This document shows positions 47,586 through 56,521 of a DNA stretch of 64,000 bases, piece after piece. Both the position numbers and the translations under genes were made by a program. Each line of letters opens with the position of its first letter. Within the stretch, counting starts at the first letter, position 1. The notes beneath the pieces were generated by a model. The model saw nothing but the letters and a program-made list of their open reading frames with translations, made no database searches and was not told the DNA's origin. Source of the DNA: a virus; IMG/VR virus record IMGVR_UViG_3300022745_000023, positions 25,635-89,634 of that record; one strand, written 5' to 3'.

Positions 47586-48665
47586 ATGGCCCACATGATC
47601 GACACCACAACCGGCGCGGCGGCAATCGCCTATGTCGGCGCTACCCCTTGGCACGGCCTCGGCCACCAGCTTTCCGCTGGCGCTTCCATCGAAACTTGGC
47701 GGCGTGAAGCGTGCCTTGACTACGATGTGGCCCGCGCGCCTGTGCAGTTCGAGCGCATCCTGTTTGACAAGGTCATGGACGACATTGATGTGCCGACCCA
47801 AATGACCAAGATGCGCGGGCGCGATGTCCTCTATCGCACTGATACCGGCGCGGCCCTGTCGGTGGTGTCGAAGGATTACAAGGTGGTGCAGCCCGGCGAA
47901 GTTCTGGACTTCTTCGCCAAGCTGGCTGAAATCGGCGGCTTCGATTTGGAAACGGCTGGCGCGCTGTCGGACGGCAAGCGCATCTGGGCGCTCGCCAAGG
48001 TGAATGATGGCGCGCCGGTCATCGGGCAGGACGTTGTTCGCCCCTATGTGCTGCTGGCGACCTCCTATGACGGCACGCTGGCTACGACCGCAAAACTTAC
48101 GAGCGTGCGTGTGGTCTGCAACAACACCCTGACCATGTCGGTCGGCGGCGCGGAAATGGGCCAAAACGGCTTCCGCCGCGCGAAGGATGAAAGCGATACC
48201 GAAGGCCGGGCTGTGTCGTCCATGGTCCGCATCCCGCATAGCAAGGACTTCGACGCGGAACAGGTGCGTCTTGATCTGGGTATCGTGGCCAATGTGTTTG
48301 AGCGCTGGCTGGTGGAGGCCAAGATCATGGCCGAGCGCGAGTTGACCGAGGCGCAGGCGCGCAACTTTGCCGCCAAGCTGCTGGCTCCGACGCACGCCGC
48401 GCCGACCGATGTGAAGGAGTCGAAGGGCTTTCAGCGCATCATGGATCTGTTCGACGGCAAGCTGATCGGTGACGAATTGACCGGCGGCTATAACCGCTGG
48501 CGGATGCTCCAATGCGTCACGGAAGATATTGACCATCTTCGGGGTCGCAGCCCGAATACTCGTTTGTCGTCAGCTTGGTTTGGCGCTGGCGAAGGCATCA
48601 AGAACCGGGCCTTCGCGCTGCTGCGCTCGGACGACGAGTTCAAGACCGAACTGGTTTCGGCATAA
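47586..48665 (+). CDS. DUF932 phage/plasmid protein
   Basis: PWHGLG, YKVVQP.E, ETAGAL..GKRIWALA, LLATSYDG, RVVCNNTL. Confidence 0.88.
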   Translation: MAHMIDTTTGAAAIAYVGATPWHGLGHQLSAGASIETWRREACLDYDVARAPVQFERILFDKVMDDIDVPTQMTKMRGRDVLYRTDTGAALSVVSKDYKVVQPGEVLDFFAKLAEIGGFDLETAGALSDGKRIWALAKVNDGAPVIGQDVVRPYVLLATSYDGTLATTAKLTSVRVVCNNTLTMSVGGAEMGQNGFRRAKDESDTEGRAVSSMVRIPHSKDFDAEQVRLDLGIVANVFERWLVEAKIMAERELTEAQARNFAAKLLAPTHAAPTDVKESKGFQRIMDLFDGKLIGDELTGGYNRWRMLQCVTEDIDHLRGRSPNTRLSSAWFGAGEGIKNRAFALLRSDDEFKTELVSA

Positions 48666-48719
48666 CGATCTGGCGGGGGTTCCGGCCCCCGCTTCCCCAT
48701 TGTGCAAGGAAGAATAAAA

Positions 48720-49055
48720 ATGACGCGCGATCTGAACAATCCCGCCGAAGGCGACCTGAAAGTCTGGTGGATTCCGCAAGTGCCCGGAAAGCCTTTCGAG
48801 GTTGCTGTGCCGTGTCTGCAATCCGCCTCGCTGCTGCTCGACACGCTCGCGCGATACGACGCATTCCAGTTCGAGAACCGCATCAAGCCTGATTACTGCA
48901 ACGCTGGTGGGCTGATGCGTTTCGAGGACGGGGACTGGTGCGACTGGTGGAGCGAGGACGGCGAGGATTTTGATGAAATCCGTCGCGATCCGGATGCTTT
49001 GGTGCGGGCTATTGTGCTGGATACTGCCGCTCGCGCCAAAGCGAGGGGGGCGTAG
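48720..49055 (+). CDS. P22 gp17-like (superinfection-exclusion-related) protein
   Basis: VWWIPQVPGKPFEV.V......LA.YD.FQFENRIKPDYCNAGGL. Confidence 0.75.
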   Translation: MTRDLNNPAEGDLKVWWIPQVPGKPFEVAVPCLQSASLLLDTLARYDAFQFENRIKPDYCNAGGLMRFEDGDWCDWWSEDGEDFDEIRRDPDALVRAIVLDTAARAKARGA

Positions 49056-49056
49056 C

Positions 49057-49218
49057 GTGGACCTGTCCTGCGTCGCCTGTGGCGCTCGCTTCCGCTCTAT
49101 GGGTGCCGAAGCGAAGCACCGCCACAATTTCCCGGCCCTGTGCCGCCGCAACAAGCAGTTTGCCCGCTGGGTCAAAGAAGTGAAGGAGGTAGACGGTCAT
49201 GACCATGCCGACCGATGA
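49057..49218 (+). CDS. Small C2H2-like Zn-finger protein
   Basis: CVACGARF......HRH. Confidence 0.45.
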   Translation: MDLSCVACGARFRSMGAEAKHRHNFPALCRRNKQFARWVKEVKEVDGHDHADR

Positions 49219-49369
49219 AAACCTGCTGCGGTGGGCAGTCAAGATTGCGCGCGGTCGCCGCAAAGGGCCGCGCTGGGTAGCGGTGATGGAAACGTTCGGG
49301 CTTGGCTCGACCTACGCATGGCAGCTTTGCAAGCGGTTTGATCTTGATCCCGAAGAGGTGGTGAAATGA
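49199..49369 (+). CDS. Small conserved phage protein
   Basis: Read manually: MTMPTDENLLRWAV...PRWVAVMETFGLGSTYAWQLCKRFDLDPEE; SD AAGGAGG. Confidence 0.6.
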   Translation: MTMPTDENLLRWAVKIARGRRKGPRWVAVMETFGLGSTYAWQLCKRFDLDPEEVVK

Positions 49370-50049
49370 CTGCTTTGATTTTTGACACGGAAACCACTGG
49401 CGGCGAACCGCCGCGCATGATTGAGGCCGCTGGCATTTTCATGAATGAAGGCAATGAGGTGGATCTGCGCCCCGCTGCTGACTTTTCGGAAAGGTTCAAT
49501 CCGGGCGTACCCTCGACGCTCGGCGCGCTGGCGACTCATCACATTCTCGATAGTGATCTGGAAGGCTGTCCGTCGCCGGAAGAGTTCAATCTCAAGCTGG
49601 GCGAAGAGGATTACCTGATTGGCCACAATGTCGATTACGACTGGAAGATGATCGGCTCCCCTCCTGTTCGGCGCATCTGTACCCTCGCGCTTGCGCGCCG
49701 CGCGTTGCCGACGCTGGAAAGCCATACCCTCGGCGCTCTGGCCTATCACTTTCTTGGGGGAGAACAAGCCCGCGACATGCTGCGGGGCAAGGCACACGGT
49801 GCGGCGGTTGACTGCGAAGTGACGCGTCATGTGCTGCGGCACCTCATCCCTTTCTTCAAGGTTGCCGGCGCTCCCTTCACTTGGGAGGCGTTGTGGTGCG
49901 CGTCCGAGTTTTCTCGGGTTCCCTCGGTGATGCCGTTCGGCAAGCACAAGGGAACCGCCATCCGCGACCTGCCCGGCGATTACGTGGACTGGATGCTGCG
50001 CCAGTCTGACATTGATGAGTACCTGCGTAAGGCTCTCGTAAGCCGGTAA
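49366..50049 (+). CDS. Exonuclease X-like DEDDh 3'-5' exonuclease with DUF3820 tail
   Basis: DTETTG, GHNVDYD, ICTLALAR, HGAAVD, MPFGKHKG....P.DY..W. Confidence 0.9.
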   Translation: MTALIFDTETTGGEPPRMIEAAGIFMNEGNEVDLRPAADFSERFNPGVPSTLGALATHHILDSDLEGCPSPEEFNLKLGEEDYLIGHNVDYDWKMIGSPPVRRICTLALARRALPTLESHTLGALAYHFLGGEQARDMLRGKAHGAAVDCEVTRHVLRHLIPFFKVAGAPFTWEALWCASEFSRVPSVMPFGKHKGTAIRDLPGDYVDWMLRQSDIDEYLRKALVSR

Positions 50050-50575
50050 AAATTAAGGGGCCGGTCTTGTGTGACCGGCCCCTTCTACTATGCCCCGGCA
50101 ATAAAGGTTGCCGATGTTTGTAGTTGGTGGCGGTAGAGGCGTCGGGCGCTCTATGTCGTCCGTGGTGCGCTTGCCGCCTGCCCTTGGTGCGACCCGTTGG
50201 GCAATACGTAACTCGTTGGAGCGATGCTCTCCAAGCTGGCGGCATGGTTTGCATCGCTCCGTTTTGGCAGTTGTTACGGCTCTGCCAACCGTGCCCCATG
50301 TGTTTGTGGTTTGCTCTATGCCTGCGCCAGCAAGCAACTCAACACTGGTGAGTGGGGCCACGCACCGCTGCCTCTGAAAGTCGCTGCCGTCTCTCCGGCT
50401 GTCACCGCTGGCCGGGCCTGCAAGGCTTGCGGTTGGCCCATCTACAACCCCCGGCTGGGGTGGCGAAATCGAGCGACCGATCAACGCCAATTCTTTCTTC
50501 TCACCTTGCTTACCGATGCTGTCAGTCGAAACCGCTCTGTCGCACAAGGATTAGGTCGCCAAGAAAAGCTGTTGG
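50050..50575 (-). ncRNA. Putative large ornate structured ncRNA (~520 nt)
   Basis: Own TTGACA promoter and terminator, many perfect stems and loop-loop complementarities, no credible protein. Confidence 0.6.
50055..50084. terminator. 12-bp hairpin terminator, U-tail on minus strand
   Basis: aaggggccggtc/gaccggcccctt; minus strand continues ttaattttt. Confidence 0.8.
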
Positions 50576-50579
50576 GCCA

Positions 50580-50608
50580 ATTAATACCCGTCAGGTAATC
50601 AATGTCAA
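50580..50608 (-). promoter_or_regulatory. Sigma70-type promoter with embedded operator driving the ncRNA
   Basis: Minus strand TTGACA-N16-TATTAA; spacer contains ATACCcgtcaGGTAA (50584-50598). Confidence 0.6.
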
Positions 50609-50617
50609 TGGGAAAAA

Positions 50618-50692
<75 letters not shown>

Positions 50693-50693
50693 T

Positions 50694-50770
50694 TGGTTGC
50701 GGGGGCCGGATTTGAACCGGCGACCGAACGGTTATGAGCCGTTTGCTCTACCTGACTGCGCTACCCCGCG
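50694..50770 (-). tRNA. tRNA-Met (CAT), initiator-like acceptor stem
   Basis: CGCGGGG...CTCATAA...GGTTCAAATCC..CCCCGCAACCA; C1:A72 mismatch. Confidence 0.9.
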
Positions 50771-50824
50771 CGTCCCCAATACTGATGGCCACCGCGCCGG
50801 TCAAGCCGTGATTGCCGGGGCGCA

Positions 50825-50840
50825 GTCGTGACGCTAGGGT
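50825..50840 (+). promoter_or_regulatory. Late promoter motif
   Basis: GTCGTGACgctAgggT upstream of portal. Confidence 0.7.
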
Positions 50841-50869
50841 GGCCGTGTCTCCTATGGGGTTTGCCGCTA

Positions 50870-52663
50870 ATGTCCGATAACGCTTCGTCCACCGCTTTTG
50901 ATCCCAGCGCTCCACAAGACGAGCGCACGGATGCGCTGGGCCAGATGCAGAAATCCGCCATGAGCGGGCTTGGTTCGCTAATTCCCACCGATGAAGTGAT
51001 GCCGGTCATCAATTTTATTCAAGATCAGATGGCCGAGGATGCGATGCGAAAGGCCATTAGCCCCAATGTTGTTCCGTTCCCATCGGAACGGTCGAAGAAG
51101 GGGGAGCGCGGTATGCAGTCGGTCTTTCTGGACGACTGGCAGCTTTCGATTCAGGGGGACTATTGGGAACGCCCATCGGCTCTTGGCTTCGATTCTCTGC
51201 GTGCAATGGTCGATCAGACGCCGATCTTGAATGCGGTGATCCTGACTCGCGTCCGGCAGGTGCAGCGCTTCTGCCGCGTGTCCGAGAAGAATGCCGACGC
51301 GCCGGGCTTTGAAATTCGGCATATCGACAAGAGCCACCAATTGGAGGGGGGGGAGCAGGAGTCGATCCAGCTTCTCAACCGCTTCATGATGAACTGCGGC
51401 TGGGAGTTCAACCCGCGCCGCCGTAAGATGCTGCGCCGCGACTCCTTCGCGCAGCTTATGGGCAAGCTGACGCGCGATTCGCTGACCTTGGATTCGGTTT
51501 GCATCGAAACCGAATGGAAACGCGACAAGCACCTCGGCATTGATGGCTTCTACCCGGTCGATGGTGGCTCGATCCGGCTCTGCACTGAACAGGGCTATCG
51601 TGGTGACGACGAAATTTTCGCTTTGCAGGTTGTGCAAGGGCGCGTGTCCACCGCCTATACCTATGAGGATCTGATTTACGAGCCGCGCAACCCGCGTTCC
51701 GATGTGCGGACCTGCGGCTATGGCCTGTCGGAAACGGAATTGCTTATCCGCGTCGTCACCGGCTTCCTGAACGCCTTGACCTACAACATCAAAGGATTCG
51801 ATCAGAACGCAATTCCCAAGGGGCTGCTGCACTTGACCGGCAATTATGCCGAGGGTGATCTGAATGCCTTCAAACGCTACTGGAATTCGATGGTCAAGGG
51901 TGTGAACAATGCTTGGTCCTTGCCGGTGATGGTGTCGAAGGATCAGGAATCGAAGGCATCGTTTGAGAAGTTCGGCGTCGAGTTCAACGAGATGTATTTC
52001 GCCAAATGGATGACGTTCCTGACCTCCATCATTTGCGCGATTTACGGCATGTCGCCCTCGGAAATCAACTTCGATAGCTTCACCGGGGGTAGCACCTCGG
52101 CGCTGTCTGGTTCGGATACGGCGGAAAAGCTGGCGGCATCGAAGGATTCGGGTCTCCGTCCGGTCCTGTCCTATTTTGAGAACCTGTTTACCGATTACAT
52201 CGTTCAGGATTTTTCGGACAAATACGTCTTTCGCTGGACCGGCCTTGATCCGCAAGACGCAAATCAGCGATTTGAGATGCGGAAGGCTGTCCTCACCGTC
52301 AACGAGGCGCGTGCGGAAGAAGGTTATGAGGCTATGGAAGGCCCCTTGGGGGGGGCGCCGCTCAATCCGCAATTGGTCGGGCCGTGGATGCAGCTCATGC
52401 AGGCGCAGCAACCGCAAGACTTCGGGCAGCCGGGCAGCGATGCACCGGGCGGTGAAGACGCAAAGCCGGAAGAAGGTGAAAGCGACACGGTTCAGGGCGA
52501 AGGTGAGGGCGAACAAACCGTGGCACGTGGCGCGGCGGAAGAGGGGCAGGCCGAACAGGAAGGCCAGAAAGTTGCCGCTGCGCCGTCCGCGCCGGAGGCG
52601 GAAGGTAGCGGCGAGGAACTGGATTTTGGTAAGGCCATGCCTTCGGTCTACGTGGTGGAGTGA
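50870..52663 (+). CDS. Portal protein
   Basis: YPVDGGSIR, YGLSETE, IPKGLL, ICAIYGMSPSEI, TVNEAR. Confidence 0.92.
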   Translation: MSDNASSTAFDPSAPQDERTDALGQMQKSAMSGLGSLIPTDEVMPVINFIQDQMAEDAMRKAISPNVVPFPSERSKKGERGMQSVFLDDWQLSIQGDYWERPSALGFDSLRAMVDQTPILNAVILTRVRQVQRFCRVSEKNADAPGFEIRHIDKSHQLEGGEQESIQLLNRFMMNCGWEFNPRRRKMLRRDSFAQLMGKLTRDSLTLDSVCIETEWKRDKHLGIDGFYPVDGGSIRLCTEQGYRGDDEIFALQVVQGRVSTAYTYEDLIYEPRNPRSDVRTCGYGLSETELLIRVVTGFLNALTYNIKGFDQNAIPKGLLHLTGNYAEGDLNAFKRYWNSMVKGVNNAWSLPVMVSKDQESKASFEKFGVEFNEMYFAKWMTFLTSIICAIYGMSPSEINFDSFTGGSTSALSGSDTAEKLAASKDSGLRPVLSYFENLFTDYIVQDFSDKYVFRWTGLDPQDANQRFEMRKAVLTVNEARAEEGYEAMEGPLGGAPLNPQLVGPWMQLMQAQQPQDFGQPGSDAPGGEDAKPEEGESDTVQGEGEGEQTVARGAAEEGQAEQEGQKVAAAPSAPEAEGSGEELDFGKAMPSVYVVE

Positions 52664-54210
52664 GCATGAAGCCTGTAACCGCCCAACAGAAGCCGCCTGT
52701 CCCCGGTCGCAACGTGATCGACGGAGATGTGGTCTATTTCAACCATGCCAAGCATGGCCCACTCTCGGGGCGGGTGGCGTCCATCGGCACGCATGGCGTC
52801 ACCGTGGAGCATGAGACGGGGGATGATGGCTATCACCGCGTCCTCTGGGATGATGTGCTGGGCCACAAGGAGCGCCGGGTCCGCAAGCTGACGCTGCTTG
52901 AACGCGGCGAGGACGGCGGCATTGCGGTTGATGAAGACGGCAAGCGCGTCTTTGTCGAAGGTGATCTTCCCGAAAGCGACACCGTAAAGCCGGCTGGTGA
53001 TGATCTGCAAAAGGCCCATGCTGGACCGCACGCCCCGCTCTTGGTCGATATTGGTCATCTTCATGGGGAGGCGTGCGATTGCGCTCTGGAATCTCTCTAC
53101 AAGGCGCTCTCGGATGATGATGGGCTGGCCCATGACATTTGGGAACAGCACCAGAACCCGTTCATTCGCGCGCTGGTCGAGAAATTCTCGGAACGCGGTC
53201 TGACCAAGCTGGCCAAGGTGCAAACGGATCTGGCTGGGTGGATGGCTGGCGAGTTCCATGTGCCATCCAAGGCGCCTATTGCCGTGCCGCCCGGCTTCAT
53301 GGGCCGCTGGACGCAGGAAGAGCTTGAACTGGTCCGCATCTACCTCTCCAATATCCCCCCTGCGGAAATGACGCTTGATGATTGGTCGATGCTGATCAAC
53401 TACATGGTCCAACGCTACTTGCCGCCAGAATCGCTCAATGAAGAAGCGGAATGGCTGGCGGTCAAGGCCGGGCTGATGGGCAAGGTGCAGGCCCATATGG
53501 GAGACGCATCGGCGGAAGTCGCAAGCGCGATTGCCGAGGCGCTTCCATCCACGGTTTCGGAGGCGGCGGTTATGTTCAATCTGTCCGATGCGACCGAGGC
53601 TATCCTTGACTACGGCGCGGCGCACGCCTGCGATGCGGTTGTGGCGCTGTCCGAAGGGGCGAGGCACCGGCTCAAGCGCGTGATCCTCGATCATGAGCGT
53701 CAAAAGCTGCTGGGGTCCGACCAGCCAGCCGGCACGCTGCAACAAAAGCTGTTCGATGAGTTTGCAACGCTCAACCGTGATTGGCGAAGGATTTCCGTCA
53801 CCGAGGCGGGCGAAATGGCAAATCAAGGCGTGATCGCTTCGCTCGAAGTCGGCGCGACCGTGCGCCGCCTCGAAATGTACCGTGGGGCCTGCCCGTTTTG
53901 CCGCAAGCTGGATGGCCGGGTGTTCACTGTGGTTTCGCCATCGGACCCGGAAAAAGACGGGTGGAAAAGCGTCTGGCCCGGAAAAACCAACATCGGGCGC
54001 TCTGCCTCGCCGCGCAAGCGTGTGGGAACCGCGCTGGTCGAGCGCGAGGATAGCGAACGCTTTTGGCCCGCCGCTGGCGTCCAGCATCCGCATTGCCGGG
54101 GCCGGTGGGAGCCGATGCAGGCTGCAAAGCCCGGTCATGACAAGAATTTCGCGGCATGGCTTCGTAAACGCCTTGGCCAGATTGAGGGAGGGATGAATGC
54201 CAAAGGTTAA
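52660..54210 (+). CDS. Head morphogenesis (MuF/gp7-like) protein
   Basis: RDWRRISVTE, ACPFC, HPHCRGRW; follows portal. Confidence 0.82.
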   Translation: MSMKPVTAQQKPPVPGRNVIDGDVVYFNHAKHGPLSGRVASIGTHGVTVEHETGDDGYHRVLWDDVLGHKERRVRKLTLLERGEDGGIAVDEDGKRVFVEGDLPESDTVKPAGDDLQKAHAGPHAPLLVDIGHLHGEACDCALESLYKALSDDDGLAHDIWEQHQNPFIRALVEKFSERGLTKLAKVQTDLAGWMAGEFHVPSKAPIAVPPGFMGRWTQEELELVRIYLSNIPPAEMTLDDWSMLINYMVQRYLPPESLNEEAEWLAVKAGLMGKVQAHMGDASAEVASAIAEALPSTVSEAAVMFNLSDATEAILDYGAAHACDAVVALSEGARHRLKRVILDHERQKLLGSDQPAGTLQQKLFDEFATLNRDWRRISVTEAGEMANQGVIASLEVGATVRRLEMYRGACPFCRKLDGRVFTVVSPSDPEKDGWKSVWPGKTNIGRSASPRKRVGTALVEREDSERFWPAAGVQHPHCRGRWEPMQAAKPGHDKNFAAWLRKRLGQIEGGMNAKG

Positions 54211-54547
54211 GCCGCTGATGCCGGGATTTATCGGCTTCAACTGTCCCGGTTGCGGAAATGTTCATACCATCAACATCGCCATGAATGGCTGGCGCTGGAA
54301 TGGTGATACCGAGTGCCCGACTATCGAGCCTTCGATCCTGCATCGTAGCGGCCACCATATCACCGAAGCGCATGACGGCGAATGCTGGTGCAATTTCAAG
54401 ACGCGATACGGGTACGAGCCAAGTTTCCATTGTGTTCGCTGCCACTCCTACGTGCGCGACGGCAATATCGAGTTCCTGCCGGACTGCTCGCATGAACTGG
54501 CGGGTCAAACGGTGCCGCTGTCCGAATATACCGGCGTGCGCCTCTGA
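54197..54547 (+). CDS. DUF6527-like Cys/His protein
   Basis: CPGC..H...WRWNGD..PT..PSIL...CHSYVRDG.IEFLPDC.HELAGQTV. Confidence 0.7.
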   Translation: MPKVKPLMPGFIGFNCPGCGNVHTINIAMNGWRWNGDTECPTIEPSILHRSGHHITEAHDGECWCNFKTRYGYEPSFHCVRCHSYVRDGNIEFLPDCSHELAGQTVPLSEYTGVRL

Positions 54548-55044
54548 TGGATCGCTATCGGGCATGGCATGAGCCGACCAAGGCGCAGACCGACGCGGGG
54601 AACTATCGCAAGCGCGTGATCCGCTGGCGCGGCCTGTCGATCCGCATTGAGAACGAGCCGGGTTCGGTGCGCCTGTTCCGCAACCCGGACGGCTCGACCG
54701 GCGAGAAGCGGATGATTTGGCCCTACGGCTATATCGAGCGCACGACCGGCGTGGATGGCGATGAGGTCGATGTGTTCATGGGGCCGGAACCTGATGCCCC
54801 GATGGTCTATGTCGTTCACGCCCGGCGCAAGGGGCGCTGGGATGAATGGGACGAGGACAAGTGCATGTTGGGCTTCGCCTCGCGCGAAGATGCCGAGCGA
54901 GCTTTTCTGGCCTCCTATGACGATCCCCGGTTTCTCGGCCCTGTCACCGCTATGCCGGTGGCCGAGTTCATCGCCAAGGCGCGGGCCACCAAGGGCCACC
55001 CAGCGATGATTAAGTGCCTCCTTCTCTGGCGGCTCAAAAAATAG
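54547..55044 (+). CDS. Inorganic pyrophosphatase-like domain protein (polyvalent-protein type)
   Basis: AGNYRK, IENEPGSVR, YGYI..T.GVDGDEVDVFMGP, DEDKCMLGF. Confidence 0.8.
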   Translation: MDRYRAWHEPTKAQTDAGNYRKRVIRWRGLSIRIENEPGSVRLFRNPDGSTGEKRMIWPYGYIERTTGVDGDEVDVFMGPEPDAPMVYVVHARRKGRWDEWDEDKCMLGFASREDAERAFLASYDDPRFLGPVTAMPVAEFIAKARATKGHPAMIKCLLLWRLKK

Positions 55045-55051
55045 ACTTGAT

Positions 55052-55066
55052 TTACCTGTTGGGTAA
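55052..55066. promoter_or_regulatory. Operator TTACC-N5-GGTAA
   Basis: TTACCtgttgGGTAA upstream of early operon. Confidence 0.6.
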
Positions 55067-55102
55067 TGGCAAACACGCCGAAGTGACGCTTCGGAGTAAT
55101 TT

Positions 55103-55885
55103 ATGGCCGTTTTCCACACAAGGTCTGGCGATGTAAAAAGCCTGCTGAAAAAGCGCTTCACTCAACCGGAGTGGGCGATTTTTTTTGAGGTCGGTGATGC
55201 GACTGGTGGCCGCCAGTTGCGTTGGGCTGATGCTGTGGCCATGAACCTTTGGCCGTCGCGCGGGCTGTCCATTAACGGTTTTGAAATCAAGGTCAGCCGC
55301 CAAGACTGGCTGAATGAACTGAAAAACCCGGCCAAAGCGGAGGCTATCGCTAAGCATTGCGACTTTTGGTGGCTCGTAGCCGCCGAGGGCGTTGTTCGCG
55401 AAGGTGAATTGCCGGAAACGTGGGGCTTGTTCGAGGTCGGTGCTCGCGGCCTCATCATCAAAAAGCAGGCGCCGCGCCTGCCGGAACCGACGCTCACTCG
55501 CGCTTTCATGGCATCGCTGATGCGCCGCGCTGGCGAAGTCGATGATGCTCAACTGCGCTCTATGGTGGACGCTCGGATCGAAGGCGTCCACAAGCAAGCG
55601 CAGGAGCGGATTGACCGCGAGGTCAAGGAACACTCGCGCCAGCACAACGATCTGAAATCTGCTGTTGAAGATTTTGAGCGCGAATCCGGCCTGTCGATTA
55701 GCGGCTGGAAAGGCGGCAAGAAAATCGGTAAGGCTGTCTCCATTGTTGAGAAGCTGGGCGTTGGTTCCTCGTATGGCTCTGCCCGGCAGGCGCGCAACCT
55801 CGCGCGCAGCTTTGCCGACTCCATGGACAAGATTCTTGCCGATGTGGGCGATGAGGTTGAGGGAAGTGGTGATGACGAAATCTAA
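55103..55885 (+). CDS. MmcB-like PD-(D/E)XK nuclease
   Basis: EV......RWADA.....WPSRG....GFEIKVSRQDW..EL..P.K; ELPETWGL. Confidence 0.8.
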   Translation: MAVFHTRSGDVKSLLKKRFTQPEWAIFFEVGDATGGRQLRWADAVAMNLWPSRGLSINGFEIKVSRQDWLNELKNPAKAEAIAKHCDFWWLVAAEGVVREGELPETWGLFEVGARGLIIKKQAPRLPEPTLTRAFMASLMRRAGEVDDAQLRSMVDARIEGVHKQAQERIDREVKEHSRQHNDLKSAVEDFERESGLSISGWKGGKKIGKAVSIVEKLGVGSSYGSARQARNLARSFADSMDKILADVGDEVEGSGDDEI

Positions 55886-56087
55886 GGCTCAAAAGCGCTG
55901 GACTGCGCGCGTGTCGTATCGCCTCAACAAGGGCCTATCGATTTTGCACCATCAGTTCGACGAGTTCGCTGAACTTGGCGAATTTATCGAAAGTGGACCG
56001 CATTGGGACACGATCATCGGCGTGGATATCGTCCTCAATGCCCCTGATTTTCCGGCATTGACCGTGGAAAGTGCTGCGAAACTGTAA
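55872..56087 (+). CDS. Hypothetical protein
   Basis: EL...IE.GPHWDTI motif; overlaps neighbour. Confidence 0.55.
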   Translation: MTKSKAQKRWTARVSYRLNKGLSILHHQFDEFAELGEFIESGPHWDTIIGVDIVLNAPDFPALTVESAAKL

Positions 56088-56221
56088 TTGCCACGCGGCG
56101 GCGGCTCCCGCGTTATAGGTCGGCTGGGGTTTTACTCACCTCTGCAACGGGTGGCATCAGTGGGTTGCAGCCTACTGATCGGATAAGCCGACAACCGTCA
56201 TTGTTCCCAAGGAGAAAAAGA

Positions 56222-56494
56222 ATGTCTGCCATGAACACCAATGACTACAACGATGCCGAAGCGCAATCTTCCGACGACCGTCTGCGCCTGCTGATCGAGC
56301 GCATTGAACGGCTGGAAGAAGAGAAGAAGGGCATCAGTGACGATATCAAGGACGTCTACAACGAGGCGAAGGCGGTCGGCTATGACGTCAAGATCATGCG
56401 CGCGCTGATCCGCCTTCGCAAGTTGAAGCCGGATGACCGCCGCGAGATGCAGCACTTGATCGACGCTTATTCGGCGTCGTTGGGCATGGCCTGA
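56222..56494 (+). CDS. gapR: GapR/DUF2312 nucleoid-associated protein
   Basis: LRLLIERIERLEEEKKGISDDIKDVY.EAK..GYDVKIMR..IRLRK. Confidence 0.93.
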   Translation: MSAMNTNDYNDAEAQSSDDRLRLLIERIERLEEEKKGISDDIKDVYNEAKAVGYDVKIMRALIRLRKLKPDDRREMQHLIDAYSASLGMA

Positions 56495-56521
56495 TCGCGG
56501 CCAGCAAGAAGGATTCTCTCG

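Noticed and set aside
50053-50547. 164-aa minus-strand ORF (and short plus-strand ORFs) in the ncRNA region
   Set aside because: No SD, non-protein-like composition, runs through the terminator; base-pairing explains the sequence better, though coding is not formally excluded
50050-50575. tmRNA, RNase P RNA, group I/II intron or C4-type RNA identity
   Set aside because: No GGAAAGUCC core, no T-loop/Ala acceptor, no recognisable intron core or exon context; needs an Rfam search to settle
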